A stretch of 64,000 bases of DNA from a virus (Duplodnaviria; Heunggongvirae; Uroviricota; Caudoviricetes). The DNA is taken from IMG/VR virus record IMGVR_UViG_3300034082_001974, one strand, 5' to 3'. Positions 17,510-26,141 of the stretch are shown piece by piece. The notes beneath the pieces were generated by a model that saw only the letters and a program-made list of their open reading frames with translations, was not told the origin of the DNA and did no database searches. A program made the position numbers and the translations under genes. The stretch's first letter is position 1; each line of letters starts with the position of its first letter.

Positions 17510-17708
17510 TTAGTTTCTCCTGTGCTTTACGACGAGCATCATATAATTCCCGAAGTCGTTGAGACCTCTCCCCTCGTTTCTTAACTTGTTCTGGACTATT
17601 ATACCACGCACTATTATATCCGTGCTCTGGGCATTCTGGATTTAGATTTTTATTGTCTGATACTGTGGTTCCTATTTTGATATGAGAACAGGTGCAGGTA
17701 GAGTTCAT
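17487..17708 (-). CDS. hypothetical Cys-containing protein
   Basis: track ORF. Confidence 0.45.
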   Translation of the reverse strand: MNSTCTCSHIKIGTTVSDNKNLNPECPEHGYNSAWYNSPEQVKKRGERSQRLRELYDARRKAQEKLNETHRNN

Positions 17709-17709
17709 T

Positions 17710-17988
17710 TCAAACCTCCAAAATCACAACTTCTTTTCTTTCCATAGCAATTTCACCATCTACCAACTTACCATCAATCTCGTCTCTATACTCACAAGTA
17801 TTTTCAGTAAATGAGTAGTATTCAATATTACTCTGCCACTTGGTAGTATAAACACAATGATGTATGCGGGATTGACGAATTACAAACTCATCCTCAATGT
17901 GCTCTCTATAGTTGTCCTTATAAACAATCAGGACTTCCATATCATCTGGGTAGTTCTCCAAAAGTGCTTTTAGATGTATAAGTTTCAT
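17710..17988 (-). CDS. member of MK(I/L)KHLKALLENYPDDMEV paralog family (long subtype)
   Basis: track ORF; N-terminal 20 aa shared with 17992, 18518, 18927 ORFs. Confidence 0.55.
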   Translation of the reverse strand: MKLIHLKALLENYPDDMEVLIVYKDNYREHIEDEFVIRQSRIHHCVYTTKWQSNIEYYSFTENTCEYRDEIDGKLVDGEIAMERKEVVILEV

Positions 17989-17991
17989 AAT

Positions 17992-18225
17992 TCAATAAAG
18001 CAAAAGGACATCTGTATTCACTCTTTGAAAATTCCAATAATCATCACTGTCTTCTTTATAATATAATGTATATTCAGTAGGGTTATTTAAATATGCAGGT
18101 CCCACTGTTGCTGTTATAACTACCAAGTCTATTGTTCTATTATAGTCACTACTCCCATCATCTGTAACAATTTCCATATCTTCTGGAAATTTTTTTAATT
18201 TTTCTATAAGGTCTTTGATTTTCAT
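17992..18225 (-). CDS. member of PDDMEV paralog family (short subtype, ends DVLLLY)
   Basis: track ORF. Confidence 0.55.
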   Translation of the reverse strand: MKIKDLIEKLKKFPEDMEIVTDDGSSDYNRTIDLVVITATVGPAYLNNPTEYTLYYKEDSDDYWNFQRVNTDVLLLY

Positions 18226-18235
18226 AAGTTAACAA

Positions 18236-18514
18236 TTAGTAACGAACGTCATAAAGTTCTTCCACTTTCTCAATACAGGGGCAGTAAAAATCCATTCTTG
18301 TTTTTTCTACGAAGCAACCAACTTTAAACATATGGGGAGTTAAACTAAAAGGACTTCTCCAAGAAATCCAATCCTGCCTTTGATTACACCAATAGATGCA
18401 TTTATAATAAAGATTTATATCCTCATAAGTCGTCAAGTAATATCCAGATTTACTTGGTTTTGTCTCTGGATATTTCGTCCAATCTTCTGTTGGGATGTTG
18501 CTATAGTTTTTCAT
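18236..18514 (-). CDS. hypothetical protein
   Basis: track ORF. Confidence 0.5.
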   Translation of the reverse strand: MKNYSNIPTEDWTKYPETKPSKSGYYLTTYEDINLYYKCIYWCNQRQDWISWRSPFSLTPHMFKVGCFVEKTRMDFYCPCIEKVEELYDVRY

Positions 18515-18517
18515 AAG

Positions 18518-18751
18518 TCAATAAAGCAAAAGAACATCTTTTTTAACTCTTCTCCAACTTAAATCATCATCAAGGTCTTTTTTATAATACATCAACATTA
18601 GAGGGTCATTTAAATCTTCAGGATATACTGTTGCAGTTATAACTTCTGAATCTATTTCAGTATCATAGAACATATGGGAAGAAATATCTTTAACCACTTC
18701 CATATCATCTGGGTAGTTCTCCAGAAGTGCTTTTAGATGTTTGATTTTCAT
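18518..18751 (-). CDS. member of PDDMEV paralog family (short subtype)
   Basis: track ORF. Confidence 0.55.
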   Translation of the reverse strand: MKIKHLKALLENYPDDMEVVKDISSHMFYDTEIDSEVITATVYPEDLNDPLMLMYYKKDLDDDLSWRRVKKDVLLLY

Positions 18752-18930
18752 CGTTCCGCAACTACCTCAAAATCTTTCATAGAAATTCGTTTTTTCATCC
18801 AATTACTTTTAGCAAGAATACCTTGATTCGGAAAATAAGGAATTGCTATAAGAGTGTAATAGGGAAACCTCAAAATGTTCTGATAAAGAGTGTAAAGGCA
18901 TCCATCTTTTTTGTATCTGTAAAGTTTCAT
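18748..18930 (-). CDS. hypothetical protein
   Basis: track ORF. Confidence 0.45.
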   Translation of the reverse strand: MKLYRYKKDGCLYTLYQNILRFPYYTLIAIPYFPNQGILAKSNWMKKRISMKDFEVVAER

Positions 18931-19220
18931 CGTTCAACAACCTCAAGAACAAGAACATCTTTTTTAGTTAGAGGGATATCTTCATAAATTTTCTGTCCAT
19001 CTTTATAGTCCGTCCTTGCATGATATGTATCAGTAAAAAACTTACCGTAAACTTCTTCTTTGAGTCTCCATTTAGTCGGAAAGGAACAGTATCCCAGTTC
19101 CCTATTATCAACTACAAAATCATTTTCATAAACAACATATAAATCCGAAGAGTAATGAAGGACGACCTCCATATCATCGGGAAACATTTCTAAGAGTTCT
19201 TTTAGTTCTTTGTTTTTCAT
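18927..19220 (-). CDS. member of PDDMEV paralog family (long subtype)
   Basis: track ORF. Confidence 0.55.
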   Translation of the reverse strand: MKNKELKELLEMFPDDMEVVLHYSSDLYVVYENDFVVDNRELGYCSFPTKWRLKEEVYGKFFTDTYHARTDYKDGQKIYEDIPLTKKDVLVLEVVER

Positions 19221-19399
19221 TTCGGTGCTTTATGAGAGTTGATATGATAGTAATTCAAGTAATACCAAAAAAGATTTCTCATTCGGTCTTCATTTGTAAA
19301 TCCGTCAATATGTGGATACATATGACTTCTCCAAGAATACACACAATATTCCAATAGGTGAATGGAAGTGTAGATAGTCCATTTAGTATTTTTAGTCAT
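19217..19399 (-). CDS. hypothetical protein
   Basis: track ORF. Confidence 0.45.
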   Translation of the reverse strand: MTKNTKWTIYTSIHLLEYCVYSWRSHMYPHIDGFTNEDRMRNLFWYYLNYYHINSHKAPK

Positions 19400-19581
19400 T
19401 CTTCCTCATCAAGTGTGGCGAGTAATTTTACGATATGATAGTATTCCTTATAATGCTCCGAGTTATTAAAATGCTCCACAGCATCTTCATAAGACAAATA
19501 CATTATCTCATTTGTCTTATGTAAGTCAGTATATACTTTGCCGTCTCGGCGTTTTTGCATAATCACCCAAAAATTAGTCAT
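19396..19581 (-). CDS. hypothetical protein
   Basis: track ORF. Confidence 0.45.
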   Translation of the reverse strand: MTNFWVIMQKRRDGKVYTDLHKTNEIMYLSYEDAVEHFNNSEHYKEYYHIVKLLATLDEEE

Positions 19582-19714
19582 TTTTAAATCCTTTGTGTTT
19601 GATTTCTGTTTTTAGTGTGTGGTGCATTCTTAACTTTGACCGCCTTTCTATTTCTTTTTTTATATTATCAAGTATTTCTTCTGCTGTTTGAGGTTCCCAA
19701 CTCTGGTTATTCAT
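19574..19714 (-). CDS. hypothetical small protein (~46 aa)
   Basis: manual ORF filling gap; overlapping junctions. Confidence 0.35.
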   Translation of the reverse strand: MNNQSWEPQTAEEILDNIKKEIERRSKLRMHHTLKTEIKHKGFKND

Positions 19715-19716
19715 TT

Positions 19717-19908
19717 TCACCAATCCATCATTCGTCCTGCTTTTGTGTCTGTGTAAATCATCACATATCCTGTGCTATAAGGATTGTTTTTACATTCGTA
19801 GTAATGCACTTTTGCTCCATTTTCATCAGTAGTTCTTCCAACATACTTTGCGTCTCCTCTTCCATCAACACTCTCCCCATCAAAGAGACAATACCAAGTT
19901 TCATTCAT
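19717..19908 (-). CDS. hypothetical protein
   Basis: track ORF. Confidence 0.5.
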   Translation of the reverse strand: MNETWYCLFDGESVDGRGDAKYVGRTTDENGAKVHYYECKNNPYSTGYVMIYTDTKAGRMMDW

Positions 19909-20075
19909 TTCATCATTCTATAAGTAAGTGGATAGTTGCAGTTGATGTGATTGAAGAAGTCCCAGGCGGGTTGTTCGTCTTCATCATAATAACCAAGCAT
20001 CACAGTATCATACCATTCATCCCAGCAAATTCCAAACCAGTAGAAACCATAAGAGAGTTTATCAAAGAAGTTCAT
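19905..20075 (-). CDS. hypothetical small Trp-rich protein (~56 aa)
   Basis: manual ORF; ATGA overlap with 19717..19908; further ~45-57-aa overlapping ORFs continue to ~20385. Confidence 0.4.
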   Translation of the reverse strand: MNFFDKLSYGFYWFGICWDEWYDTVMLGYYDEDEQPAWDFFNHINCNYPLTYRMMK

Positions 20076-20422
20076 TTTCTTTCATAAGTTTTTGGATTTT
20101 CTCCTTACCATATTCTGTAAGTTTTCTTTTATTGTATCGTAATTCTTCTACTTCTTCTTTGGATAAATTCAACCAAGGAGTATCATCGGGAACTGGGAGA
20201 TTGGGTTCAGTCATAATAACACCCTTTTCCATTCCAAATATAGTCTGGTTGAGAATACTCTAAAACTCTTTTATATAATTTGGTTTCTCCTTCCGTATAA
20301 ACTTCAACAGAATGAGTTTTCAAGTATTCTTCCATTTGTTTGTGGATTTTTACTCCCCTTTCATATACTTCTTGGTTAGTCATAATGTTTTTGTGTGTTT
20401 GTGTAAGAAAACTTGGTTGAAT

Positions 20423-20611
20423 TCATTCTCTTCCCCTAAATGTATCTGCGATTTCATCTGGAAGTAGAAATGAACCCATCCAACTATCATCTCTAGCAAA
20501 GTTACGACATTCAACTGAAAATGCCCTAATCACTGCTTTTCGCAGTTCATCTTCCGGCATATTCATAATATCTTCCTTCATACATCCACTATACCCAGTT
20601 GCGATAGTCAT
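20423..20611 (-). CDS. hypothetical protein
   Basis: track ORF. Confidence 0.45.
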   Translation of the reverse strand: MTIATGYSGCMKEDIMNMPEDELRKAVIRAFSVECRNFARDDSWMGSFLLPDEIADTFRGRE

Positions 20612-20802
20612 TTTGTTTTCTCCGTGAGTTTTAGATACTGATATTCAACCTTACATTTTGCTGGTTGTTCCATACAGTAGATGATACCTTTGTTTCTTCC
20701 AGTATCTTCTCCTATATTAAAACCTATAGAATATACCCCAGCAAGACAAGCAGCAAAAGCAGAAACTACTGGAGCAACCCACCAATCATCATTGTACATC
20801 AT
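20608..20802 (-). CDS. hypothetical small membrane protein
   Basis: track ORF; element 20856-20880 plus TGCTATACT box upstream. Confidence 0.5.
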   Translation of the reverse strand: MMYNDDWWVAPVVSAFAACLAGVYSIGFNIGEDTGRNKGIIYCMEQPAKCKVEYQYLKLTEKTK

Positions 20803-20855
20803 TCATTCCTTGGTTTCTCACAGTATAGCAGAAGGCACACCACCTCACCAGAGAC

Positions 20856-20880
20856 AGTGTGACGGTTCTTCAAGTGTCCT
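20856..20880 (-). promoter_or_regulatory. conserved intergenic element
   Basis: copy 10. Confidence 0.6.
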
Positions 20881-21124
20881 CAACTATGAGACAATAATGA
20901 CACTGAAAAGCAAACACATCTTTGTCGTGTGTTTTTTTCTCCTCATTTTCATACCAAGAATACACAACTTCATACCAAGGGTCTGTGCTTCCATAAGAAT
21001 TGAGACCTTCAACAGTCACAATACCACCAGAAGCACCAATCCAACGAGAACCAACTTGAATTTCTTCCCCTTTAAAAATGTGACCGACTATAAATTTGTG
21101 TCCGTTTTCGATTTTAGTTTCCAT
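20870..21124 (-). CDS. hypothetical protein METKIENGHK... (paralog of 25395..25658)
   Basis: track ORF; ~65% identity to second copy; TATGATACTCTCATACACG box upstream. Confidence 0.55.
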   Translation of the reverse strand: METKIENGHKFIVGHIFKGEEIQVGSRWIGASGGIVTVEGLNSYGSTDPWYEVVYSWYENEEKKTHDKDVFAFQCHYCLIVEDT

Positions 21125-21148
21125 CAGTCCTTTGCGTGTATGAGAGTA

Positions 21149-21502
21149 TCATAGCACCTTTGGTGGTGGGTTGGGGTCTGCAGGGACAGTTTGTGAATTG
21201 GACTTTTTAAGTTTGAGAGGTGGTTTGGGTTCTGGACAGTTCAAATTGGGTTCAAGATATTCCACTTTATCTTTTTGACTATATTTAAAATCATCACGAA
21301 TTATTGCATTCGCCCAACCCTCATCTCTATAAGGTCCATCAACAATATTCAACCAAACCCACAGAACTTTCTTTTGTGGGCAATACAAAACTGTTCCATC
21401 ACCTTTGGTGACTTTTTTAAGTCTATAGTTATTCATTGGGTCTTGTTCTGGTAGGAAATCTTCACGGATTACTCGTGCTTTAGGGAATTCTGGTTTATTC
21501 AT
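21149..21502 (-). CDS. hypothetical protein
   Basis: track ORF. Confidence 0.5.
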   Translation of the reverse strand: MNKPEFPKARVIREDFLPEQDPMNNYRLKKVTKGDGTVLYCPQKKVLWVWLNIVDGPYRDEGWANAIIRDDFKYSQKDKVEYLEPNLNCPEPKPPLKLKKSNSQTVPADPNPPPKVL

Positions 21503-21831
21503 TTTTCATCATCCCAAGGTGCTTTACGAGATAACAAATCAGAAAGACCTTGATTAAACTTTGGAGGTTCGGCAAGTCTCGCCTGAAGAGCATCAAAGTC
21601 TGTTGGAGACAATAAAATTGTTTCGGGTTTCGCATCTCTGCCCCATATTTTCTGGAATTGGTATTTGTAGTGCATATCATAATACCCAGAATTCAAAGAA
21701 GTCCAAAATTGAAACTGCAAATGATTATCATCAAATCTATATACGGAATGGCGTATAAATCTATACCACCACCATATCGGTTTTCGTTGAAGAAACTTAT
21801 TATCAAGTATAAGTCTGTTTAGAAATCTCAT
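21499..21831 (-). CDS. hypothetical protein
   Basis: track ORF. Confidence 0.5.
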   Translation of the reverse strand: MRFLNRLILDNKFLQRKPIWWWYRFIRHSVYRFDDNHLQFQFWTSLNSGYYDMHYKYQFQKIWGRDAKPETILLSPTDFDALQARLAEPPKFNQGLSDLLSRKAPWDDEK

Positions 21832-22034
21832 TCTTCAACCTCCATTAGATTGTATTCATCATCACAAGAGTATCCACATTTCTTACACTTATAAACATCA
21901 ATCATATTTAAAGTTTTGTGGTTTAGTGGAGTTGGACCCGAAAAGCAAACTCTTTCGTTAAACACTCCACCTGGATTTATAGCAATTCCTATTTGAATTT
22001 CACCTTTACATTCAGGGCATACTAGGTTAATCAT
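21828..22034 (-). CDS. hypothetical zinc-ribbon protein ending ...MEVEE
   Basis: track ORF; CPECKG...CKKCGYSC. Confidence 0.5.
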   Translation of the reverse strand: MINLVCPECKGEIQIGIAINPGGVFNERVCFSGPTPLNHKTLNMIDVYKCKKCGYSCDDEYNLMEVEE

Positions 22035-22168
22035 TCTTCAACCTCATTTTCCTTTACTTCATCCAACCAACTGTAATTAGATTTAAGAAAAATATCTGGA
22101 ATATAAGGACAATAAAAGACACCATCTTCCCACCCTATCTTTACTTTAGGGAAACTAGTTTCAATCAT
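22031..22168 (-). CDS. hypothetical small protein (~45 aa) ending ...NEVEE
   Basis: manual ORF; ATGA overlaps both sides. Confidence 0.4.
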   Translation of the reverse strand: MIETSFPKVKIGWEDGVFYCPYIPDIFLKSNYSWLDEVKENEVEE

Positions 22169-22383
22169 TCTTCAACCTCCCATTCCTCTACACGAAACAT
22201 ATTGCGATAGCGTTGATACTCATCAGTTTTACGATACTCTTCATCACAATAATAATCATAATCTTTTAGAAGTTTATCTATCTTCTCATTTGCCCGTTCT
22301 TCTGTTGAAAAGATATTACAGATGTTTAGACTTGTAATTCCAGGTCCACTATCGTAATCTTCCACTACGACATAAATTTTCAT
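22165..22383 (-). CDS. hypothetical protein MKIYVVVED... ending WEVEE (paralog of 22670..22909)
   Basis: track ORF. Confidence 0.5.
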   Translation of the reverse strand: MKIYVVVEDYDSGPGITSLNICNIFSTEERANEKIDKLLKDYDYYCDEEYRKTDEYQRYRNMFRVEEWEVEE

Positions 22384-22634
22384 ATAATCATAATGTCCCT
22401 TACTTCACGACCTTCATATTGTTTTTTTCTCCATTCAAGGAACAGTTCTTTGAGTTCCTTATCTTGAGGATAAAAAACTGGGTTCCAAATTCCACCCAAA
22501 TAATTTTCCCAATTTTCTCCAAATTCATCGGTCGTCCTATAAACTGGATAATCTGGGTCATCAGTTTTCACATACCAAGTCAAAGTCTTTGAGACTTCTG
22601 TGATTTTCATTTTGTTTCTTCCAGTTTTTTCCAT
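22380..22634 (-). CDS. hypothetical protein
   Basis: track ORF. Confidence 0.5.
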   Translation of the reverse strand: MEKTGRNKMKITEVSKTLTWYVKTDDPDYPVYRTTDEFGENWENYLGGIWNPVFYPQDKELKELFLEWRKKQYEGREVRDIMII

Positions 22635-22669
22635 TCTTCATATCTTAAGTATTTACAAAATGAATTTAG

Positions 22670-22909
22670 TCATTCTTCAACCTCAACTTCTTCTACTTTA
22701 TATAACCAACGGGGAAAATCTTCTTTTACAAATTTAATTGCTTCTTCTTTACTAACTTCCTCATTAGCAATATAATCTTTAATCTGCATTAGATACTCAT
22801 TATCTCTTAATTGCTTTGATTTTGATTGTGCTTTTTTCTTTGAGATGTATGCAGAATGAATTGCATTATAAGACGCATAACGATTATCAATTACGACATA
22901 AATTTTCAT
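22670..22909 (-). CDS. hypothetical protein MKIYVVIDN... ending EVEVEE (start trimmed)
   Basis: track ORF 22670..23005 overlaps neighbour by 100 nt; internal ATG gives ATGA junction and paralogy with 22165..22383. Confidence 0.5.
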   Translation of the reverse strand: MKIYVVIDNRYASYNAIHSAYISKKKAQSKSKQLRDNEYLMQIKDYIANEEVSKEEAIKFVKEDFPRWLYKVEEVEVEE

Positions 22910-23142
22910 ATATTCGCAACCTCCGCCCATATTCCATCTACGGTCATAGCATAAAATTTTGGATAGTTTCTCAACATACGAACACACGCTGATGCTGCTG
23001 CCCAAGTATCAAAGATTGGTTGCTCAAAATAAGGACATTCTTCAATTGGTTGTTTGATTACTTGATATCTAACAGTCCAGGTGTTTCGGTCAAGAAACTC
23101 GGTGATTGAGTAGTCTTTTAAAATTTCAGGTTGTTCGGTCAT
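22906..23142 (-). CDS. hypothetical protein
   Basis: track ORF. Confidence 0.5.
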   Translation of the reverse strand: MTEQPEILKDYSITEFLDRNTWTVRYQVIKQPIEECPYFEQPIFDTWAAASACVRMLRNYPKFYAMTVDGIWAEVANI

Positions 23143-23408
23143 TTTGTTTCCTCAAGTTCTTTTGCGGTGGTCTTGATGTATTGCATTGCGGCATTCCAAC
23201 CATTCTCCCAATCATCTGGAGTAGTTCCCTGAATATGCTCTGCAGATAGCATTCCTTGTTCTGCAGCGGCACGGAGAGCGGCAGCAGCGATTGTGTGAGC
23301 GTCAGCAGGGCACAGATTACCCCAATCCCAATACACCTGTTTAACAGCGTCAGAGACTACTTGTGTGGCGGGAGAGAGTGGTTTTTCAAACATTTTCAAG
23401 TTCCTCAC
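23139..23408 (-). CDS. hypothetical protein
   Basis: track ORF (track start may be GTG; first ATG ~16 nt downstream). Confidence 0.5.
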   Translation of the reverse strand: MRNLKMFEKPLSPATQVVSDAVKQVYWDWGNLCPADAHTIAAAALRAAAEQGMLSAEHIQGTTPDDWENGWNAAMQYIKTTAKELEETK

Positions 23409-23574
23409 AAAGTTCTAAAATATCAGGACAGTGAATAATACCAGGAGATACTTGCAACTGATTTATAAGTTCTTTGAATGCAACAGCAAGGGCACGATGT
23501 TCGTGAAAAGGTTTTTGTAGACAATACTCTTCCTCCCAAGCATCATAAATTTTCTGTGCTCTTTCAGTCATCAA
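23386..23574 (-). CDS. hypothetical protein
   Basis: track ORF (TTG/ATG start). Confidence 0.45.
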   Translation of the reverse strand: MMTERAQKIYDAWEEEYCLQKPFHEHRALAVAFKELINQLQVSPGIIHCPDILELCEELENV

Positions 23575-23744
23575 AATTCCTCCATAATTAGAACACCCCG
23601 AAGAGTACTTTTAATAAACCACCCATCCTCTTCATCCCAACAACAACCGACAAGTGCCTCTGCAATATCATCCGCTTCTACATCGGTTTCTACTGAAAGA
23701 GTTGTAAGTGCTTCAATAATGAGATTAAGTTTTTCTTCCGTCAT
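23571..23744 (-). CDS. hypothetical small acidic protein (~57 aa)
   Basis: manual ORF filling gap; ATGA overlap with 23741..24106. Confidence 0.4.
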   Translation of the reverse strand: MTEEKLNLIIEALTTLSVETDVEADDIAEALVGCCWDEEDGWFIKSTLRGVLIMEEF

Positions 23745-24106
23745 AGTCCAAACCTATTATAAAGATACACTTGTGCTTTCCCCTTTGTTTGAACTACAAT
23801 GTTATAACCGAGTTTAATAATAATAGTTGCTAAATTGTTTCCGTGTTGTTTAGCAGCACTCCAATTATGAGGATAATGGTCTATAAACTCCACACCTTTA
23901 CCTGGATTTTCAAGTGCTTCTGTGATACTTTTGAGATAAAGTGTGGTAGTTCTTCCAGTTCCTCTGGTTGTTGCTTCTTCGTATTTTTTAGTAAGGTTAT
24001 CTACTCTTTCCATTAATGAAACTGGGACTTTATCATAGTCAATAAAATCACTTACTTCTTCAAGTGATTTGTAAAGTTCTTGTGCGAGTTGTTTGTATTC
24101 ATTCAT
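23741..24106 (-). CDS. hypothetical protein with GTGRTT P-loop-like segment
   Basis: track ORF; TRGTGRTTTL. Confidence 0.5.
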   Translation of the reverse strand: MNEYKQLAQELYKSLEEVSDFIDYDKVPVSLMERVDNLTKKYEEATTRGTGRTTTLYLKSITEALENPGKGVEFIDHYPHNWSAAKQHGNNLATIIIKLGYNIVVQTKGKAQVYLYNRFGL

Positions 24107-24450
24107 TTGTGATACTTCAAAATCATTTTGAGTGTTGTTGCAGGAGACATATCATCTTCAAGTTTATGAGGTTGCAGAAGTTCTACAAGTTCCTCATATT
24201 TCTCTTTGTAGTTAGTTCCCAAATCTACATTCTTATCACACAGAGCATCTTTAAGAATTCTCAAGGATGCTTCTATTTTATCTGGATGGTTTGAAGGTGA
24301 GTATTGAAATGCATCAAATACAGCACTCATCCATTCCGGGGGATATGCATACTTATGAAGAACTTTTCGGACTTCATCTTCGTCTAAAGTGTAGCGGAAA
24401 TGATATACTGGGAAACCTACTCCCATTTCTTTACAATACTCAAATTTCAT
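24103..24450 (-). CDS. hypothetical protein
   Basis: track ORF. Confidence 0.5.
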   Translation of the reverse strand: MKFEYCKEMGVGFPVYHFRYTLDEDEVRKVLHKYAYPPEWMSAVFDAFQYSPSNHPDKIEASLRILKDALCDKNVDLGTNYKEKYEELVELLQPHKLEDDMSPATTLKMILKYHK

Positions 24451-24628
24451 TTTGCCCCTCTTGTTGGTCTAATCGTTTCTCAAGTTTCTCAATCCTATCA
24501 CACAATTCCGTGATAATACTAATCAAGGAAGGATAGTAAATGGTTTCCGTATCATCACCATCATTCATATCAATATACTTGGAATAGTAGAGTTCCTTTC
24601 CAAAGTCTCGGTCAGTAGTCATTTTCAT
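24440..24628 (-). CDS. hypothetical protein (start trimmed to MKMTTDRD...)
   Basis: track ORF. Confidence 0.45.
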   Translation of the reverse strand: MKMTTDRDFGKELYYSKYIDMNDGDDTETIYYPSLISIITELCDRIEKLEKRLDQQEGQNEI

Positions 24629-24908
24629 CTCCAATAAGGTTAGCAAGGTCTTGAACGGTCATTTTACGAAGGTCTTCAAGCATAATAGTATTTTCTTGTA
24701 CATTTCTTAATCCTTGTTTATATCCAAAATCATATCCTTCTTTTTCTGCCTCACGGTATGCTCCATGCCATTCTATATTTAAATTTCGTAGACTTCTATG
24801 ACTTTCAATTAATTGGACAAGAGACATATTGTCCCTAGTGCCGTAGTAGTATTTTCCGTGAATTTCTTTAGAGTAATCTTCAAGTAGTTGTTCGTCTTCA
24901 GTCATCAA
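24612..24908 (-). CDS. hypothetical protein
   Basis: track ORF. Confidence 0.5.
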   Translation of the reverse strand: MMTEDEQLLEDYSKEIHGKYYYGTRDNMSLVQLIESHRSLRNLNIEWHGAYREAEKEGYDFGYKQGLRNVQENTIMLEDLRKMTVQDLANLIGDENDY

Positions 24909-25186
24909 AATTCCTCCACAATTAAAACATCATTTACATAGGTAATACCAGTTTTATCAAGTTCTTCTTTTGCTTTTTGTGCATCCATAGCATCAAGTTT
25001 TCTACCCAAATAATCTCCAATATCAACCTCACAATACTCGGAGCAATAATCAGGCAGAGTATCAATCAAATAATCCTCAACACCACAAAGAATTTGAATT
25101 GCTTTGCGTTTGTGTTGTTCAGTAATCTCGGTATCGGGTCGTGCGATAATTTGAGTGATGTGATTAAAGAGTTCGTCCATAGTCAT
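24905..25186 (-). CDS. hypothetical protein
   Basis: track ORF. Confidence 0.5.
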   Translation of the reverse strand: MTMDELFNHITQIIARPDTEITEQHKRKAIQILCGVEDYLIDTLPDYCSEYCEVDIGDYLGRKLDAMDAQKAKEELDKTGITYVNDVLIVEEF

Positions 25187-25398
25187 TTAAATCCCTCACA
25201 ATCAGCATCAAGATATTCTACCACAGGTTTTCTTATAGTATCACAAAGGGTTTTCTTTGCTTCCTCATAAGAATGGAACCCCTCGTAATAGTCATTCCAA
25301 GCATACATATTAATCCAAATAAGACCCAAGATTTTCCTTTGGGGATAAAATCTTACAAATTCCCCGTCTGTAAGTTTTGCAATACGATAGTTTTTCAT
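25183..25398 (-). CDS. hypothetical protein
   Basis: track ORF. Confidence 0.5.
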   Translation of the reverse strand: MKNYRIAKLTDGEFVRFYPQRKILGLIWINMYAWNDYYEGFHSYEEAKKTLCDTIRKPVVEYLDADCEGFK

Positions 25399-25658
25399 TT
25401 CAGTTCCTCACAAATCATACAGTATTTACATTGAAAAGAAAAATGGTCTTTATCGTTGGTTTTCTTTTCTCCATTTTCATACCAAGAATACACAACTTCA
25501 GTCCAAGGGTCTATGCTTCCATATTGATTAAGACCTTCAATCGTTACAACAGTTTTACCACCACCAGCACCAATCCACCGAGAACCAACTTTGAGTTCTT
25601 CTGCTTTGAATATGTGGCGAACAATTGCTTTATGCCCGTTGATGATTTCAGTTTCCAT
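25395..25658 (-). CDS. hypothetical protein METEIINGHK... (paralog of 20870..21124; start trimmed)
   Basis: track ORF extended N-terminally across its own TGCTATGAT box; element 25715-25740 upstream. Confidence 0.55.
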   Translation of the reverse strand: METEIINGHKAIVRHIFKAEELKVGSRWIGAGGGKTVVTIEGLNQYGSIDPWTEVVYSWYENGEKKTNDKDHFSFQCKYCMICEELK

Positions 25659-25714
25659 CGGTTTGCTTGTGTATGTGAGTATCATAGCAGAAACACACCA
25701 CCCCACAAGGAGCA

Positions 25715-25740
25715 GTGTGCCGGTTCTTCAAGTGTCCTAC
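25715..25740 (-). promoter_or_regulatory. conserved intergenic element
   Basis: copy 11. Confidence 0.6.
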
Positions 25741-26075
25741 TTAAGGAGTTCTTCAGGGGACTTTTGAGTGCAAATTTGGTACTGGTTCCCTTCGGTTGCG
25801 GTGTGGCGAAGGCATTCATTCCACCGAGGGTCGGGAGTTACATTAGAATACTTTGTAGACCAGTCATACCAGCGATTTGCGTGAGGAAGATAGACATTCA
25901 CTCGCACAAGTCGTTGATTAGAAAACCACGCCTTACACTGAACTCCTTCAAATACACGACCACGATTGTTATAATAAACATTACAAGTCGTAGAACGATA
26001 TACTGTTTGTGAATATGCAGGAAGAGTGAATAGAAAAACTGAAGCAGCAAGAAGAAGGTTTTTCATAAGTATCAA
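25737..26075 (-). CDS. predicted secreted/periplasmic protein (N-terminal signal peptide MKNLLLAASVFLFTLPAYSQ)
   Basis: hydrophobic h-region followed by AYSQ cleavage-like site; Cys-containing mature part. Confidence 0.5.
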   Translation of the reverse strand: MILMKNLLLAASVFLFTLPAYSQTVYRSTTCNVYYNNRGRVFEGVQCKAWFSNQRLVRVNVYLPHANRWYDWSTKYSNVTPDPRWNECLRHTATEGNQYQICTQKSPEELLK

Positions 26076-26141
26076 GGTAGAAGGTCAAGAAGAATTGCAA
26101 ACTCCCAGCACAGGAGAATTGCTGTAAAGGAATTAAAGAGA

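Noticed and set aside
25377-26012. 211-aa plus-strand ORF (and similar 157-aa ORF at 20681..21154)
   Set aside because: Both are antisense to the duplicated minus-strand genes and their promoter modules. Their 'conservation' simply reflects conserved DNA. The sense-strand proteins, promoter elements and RBSs all support the minus strand.
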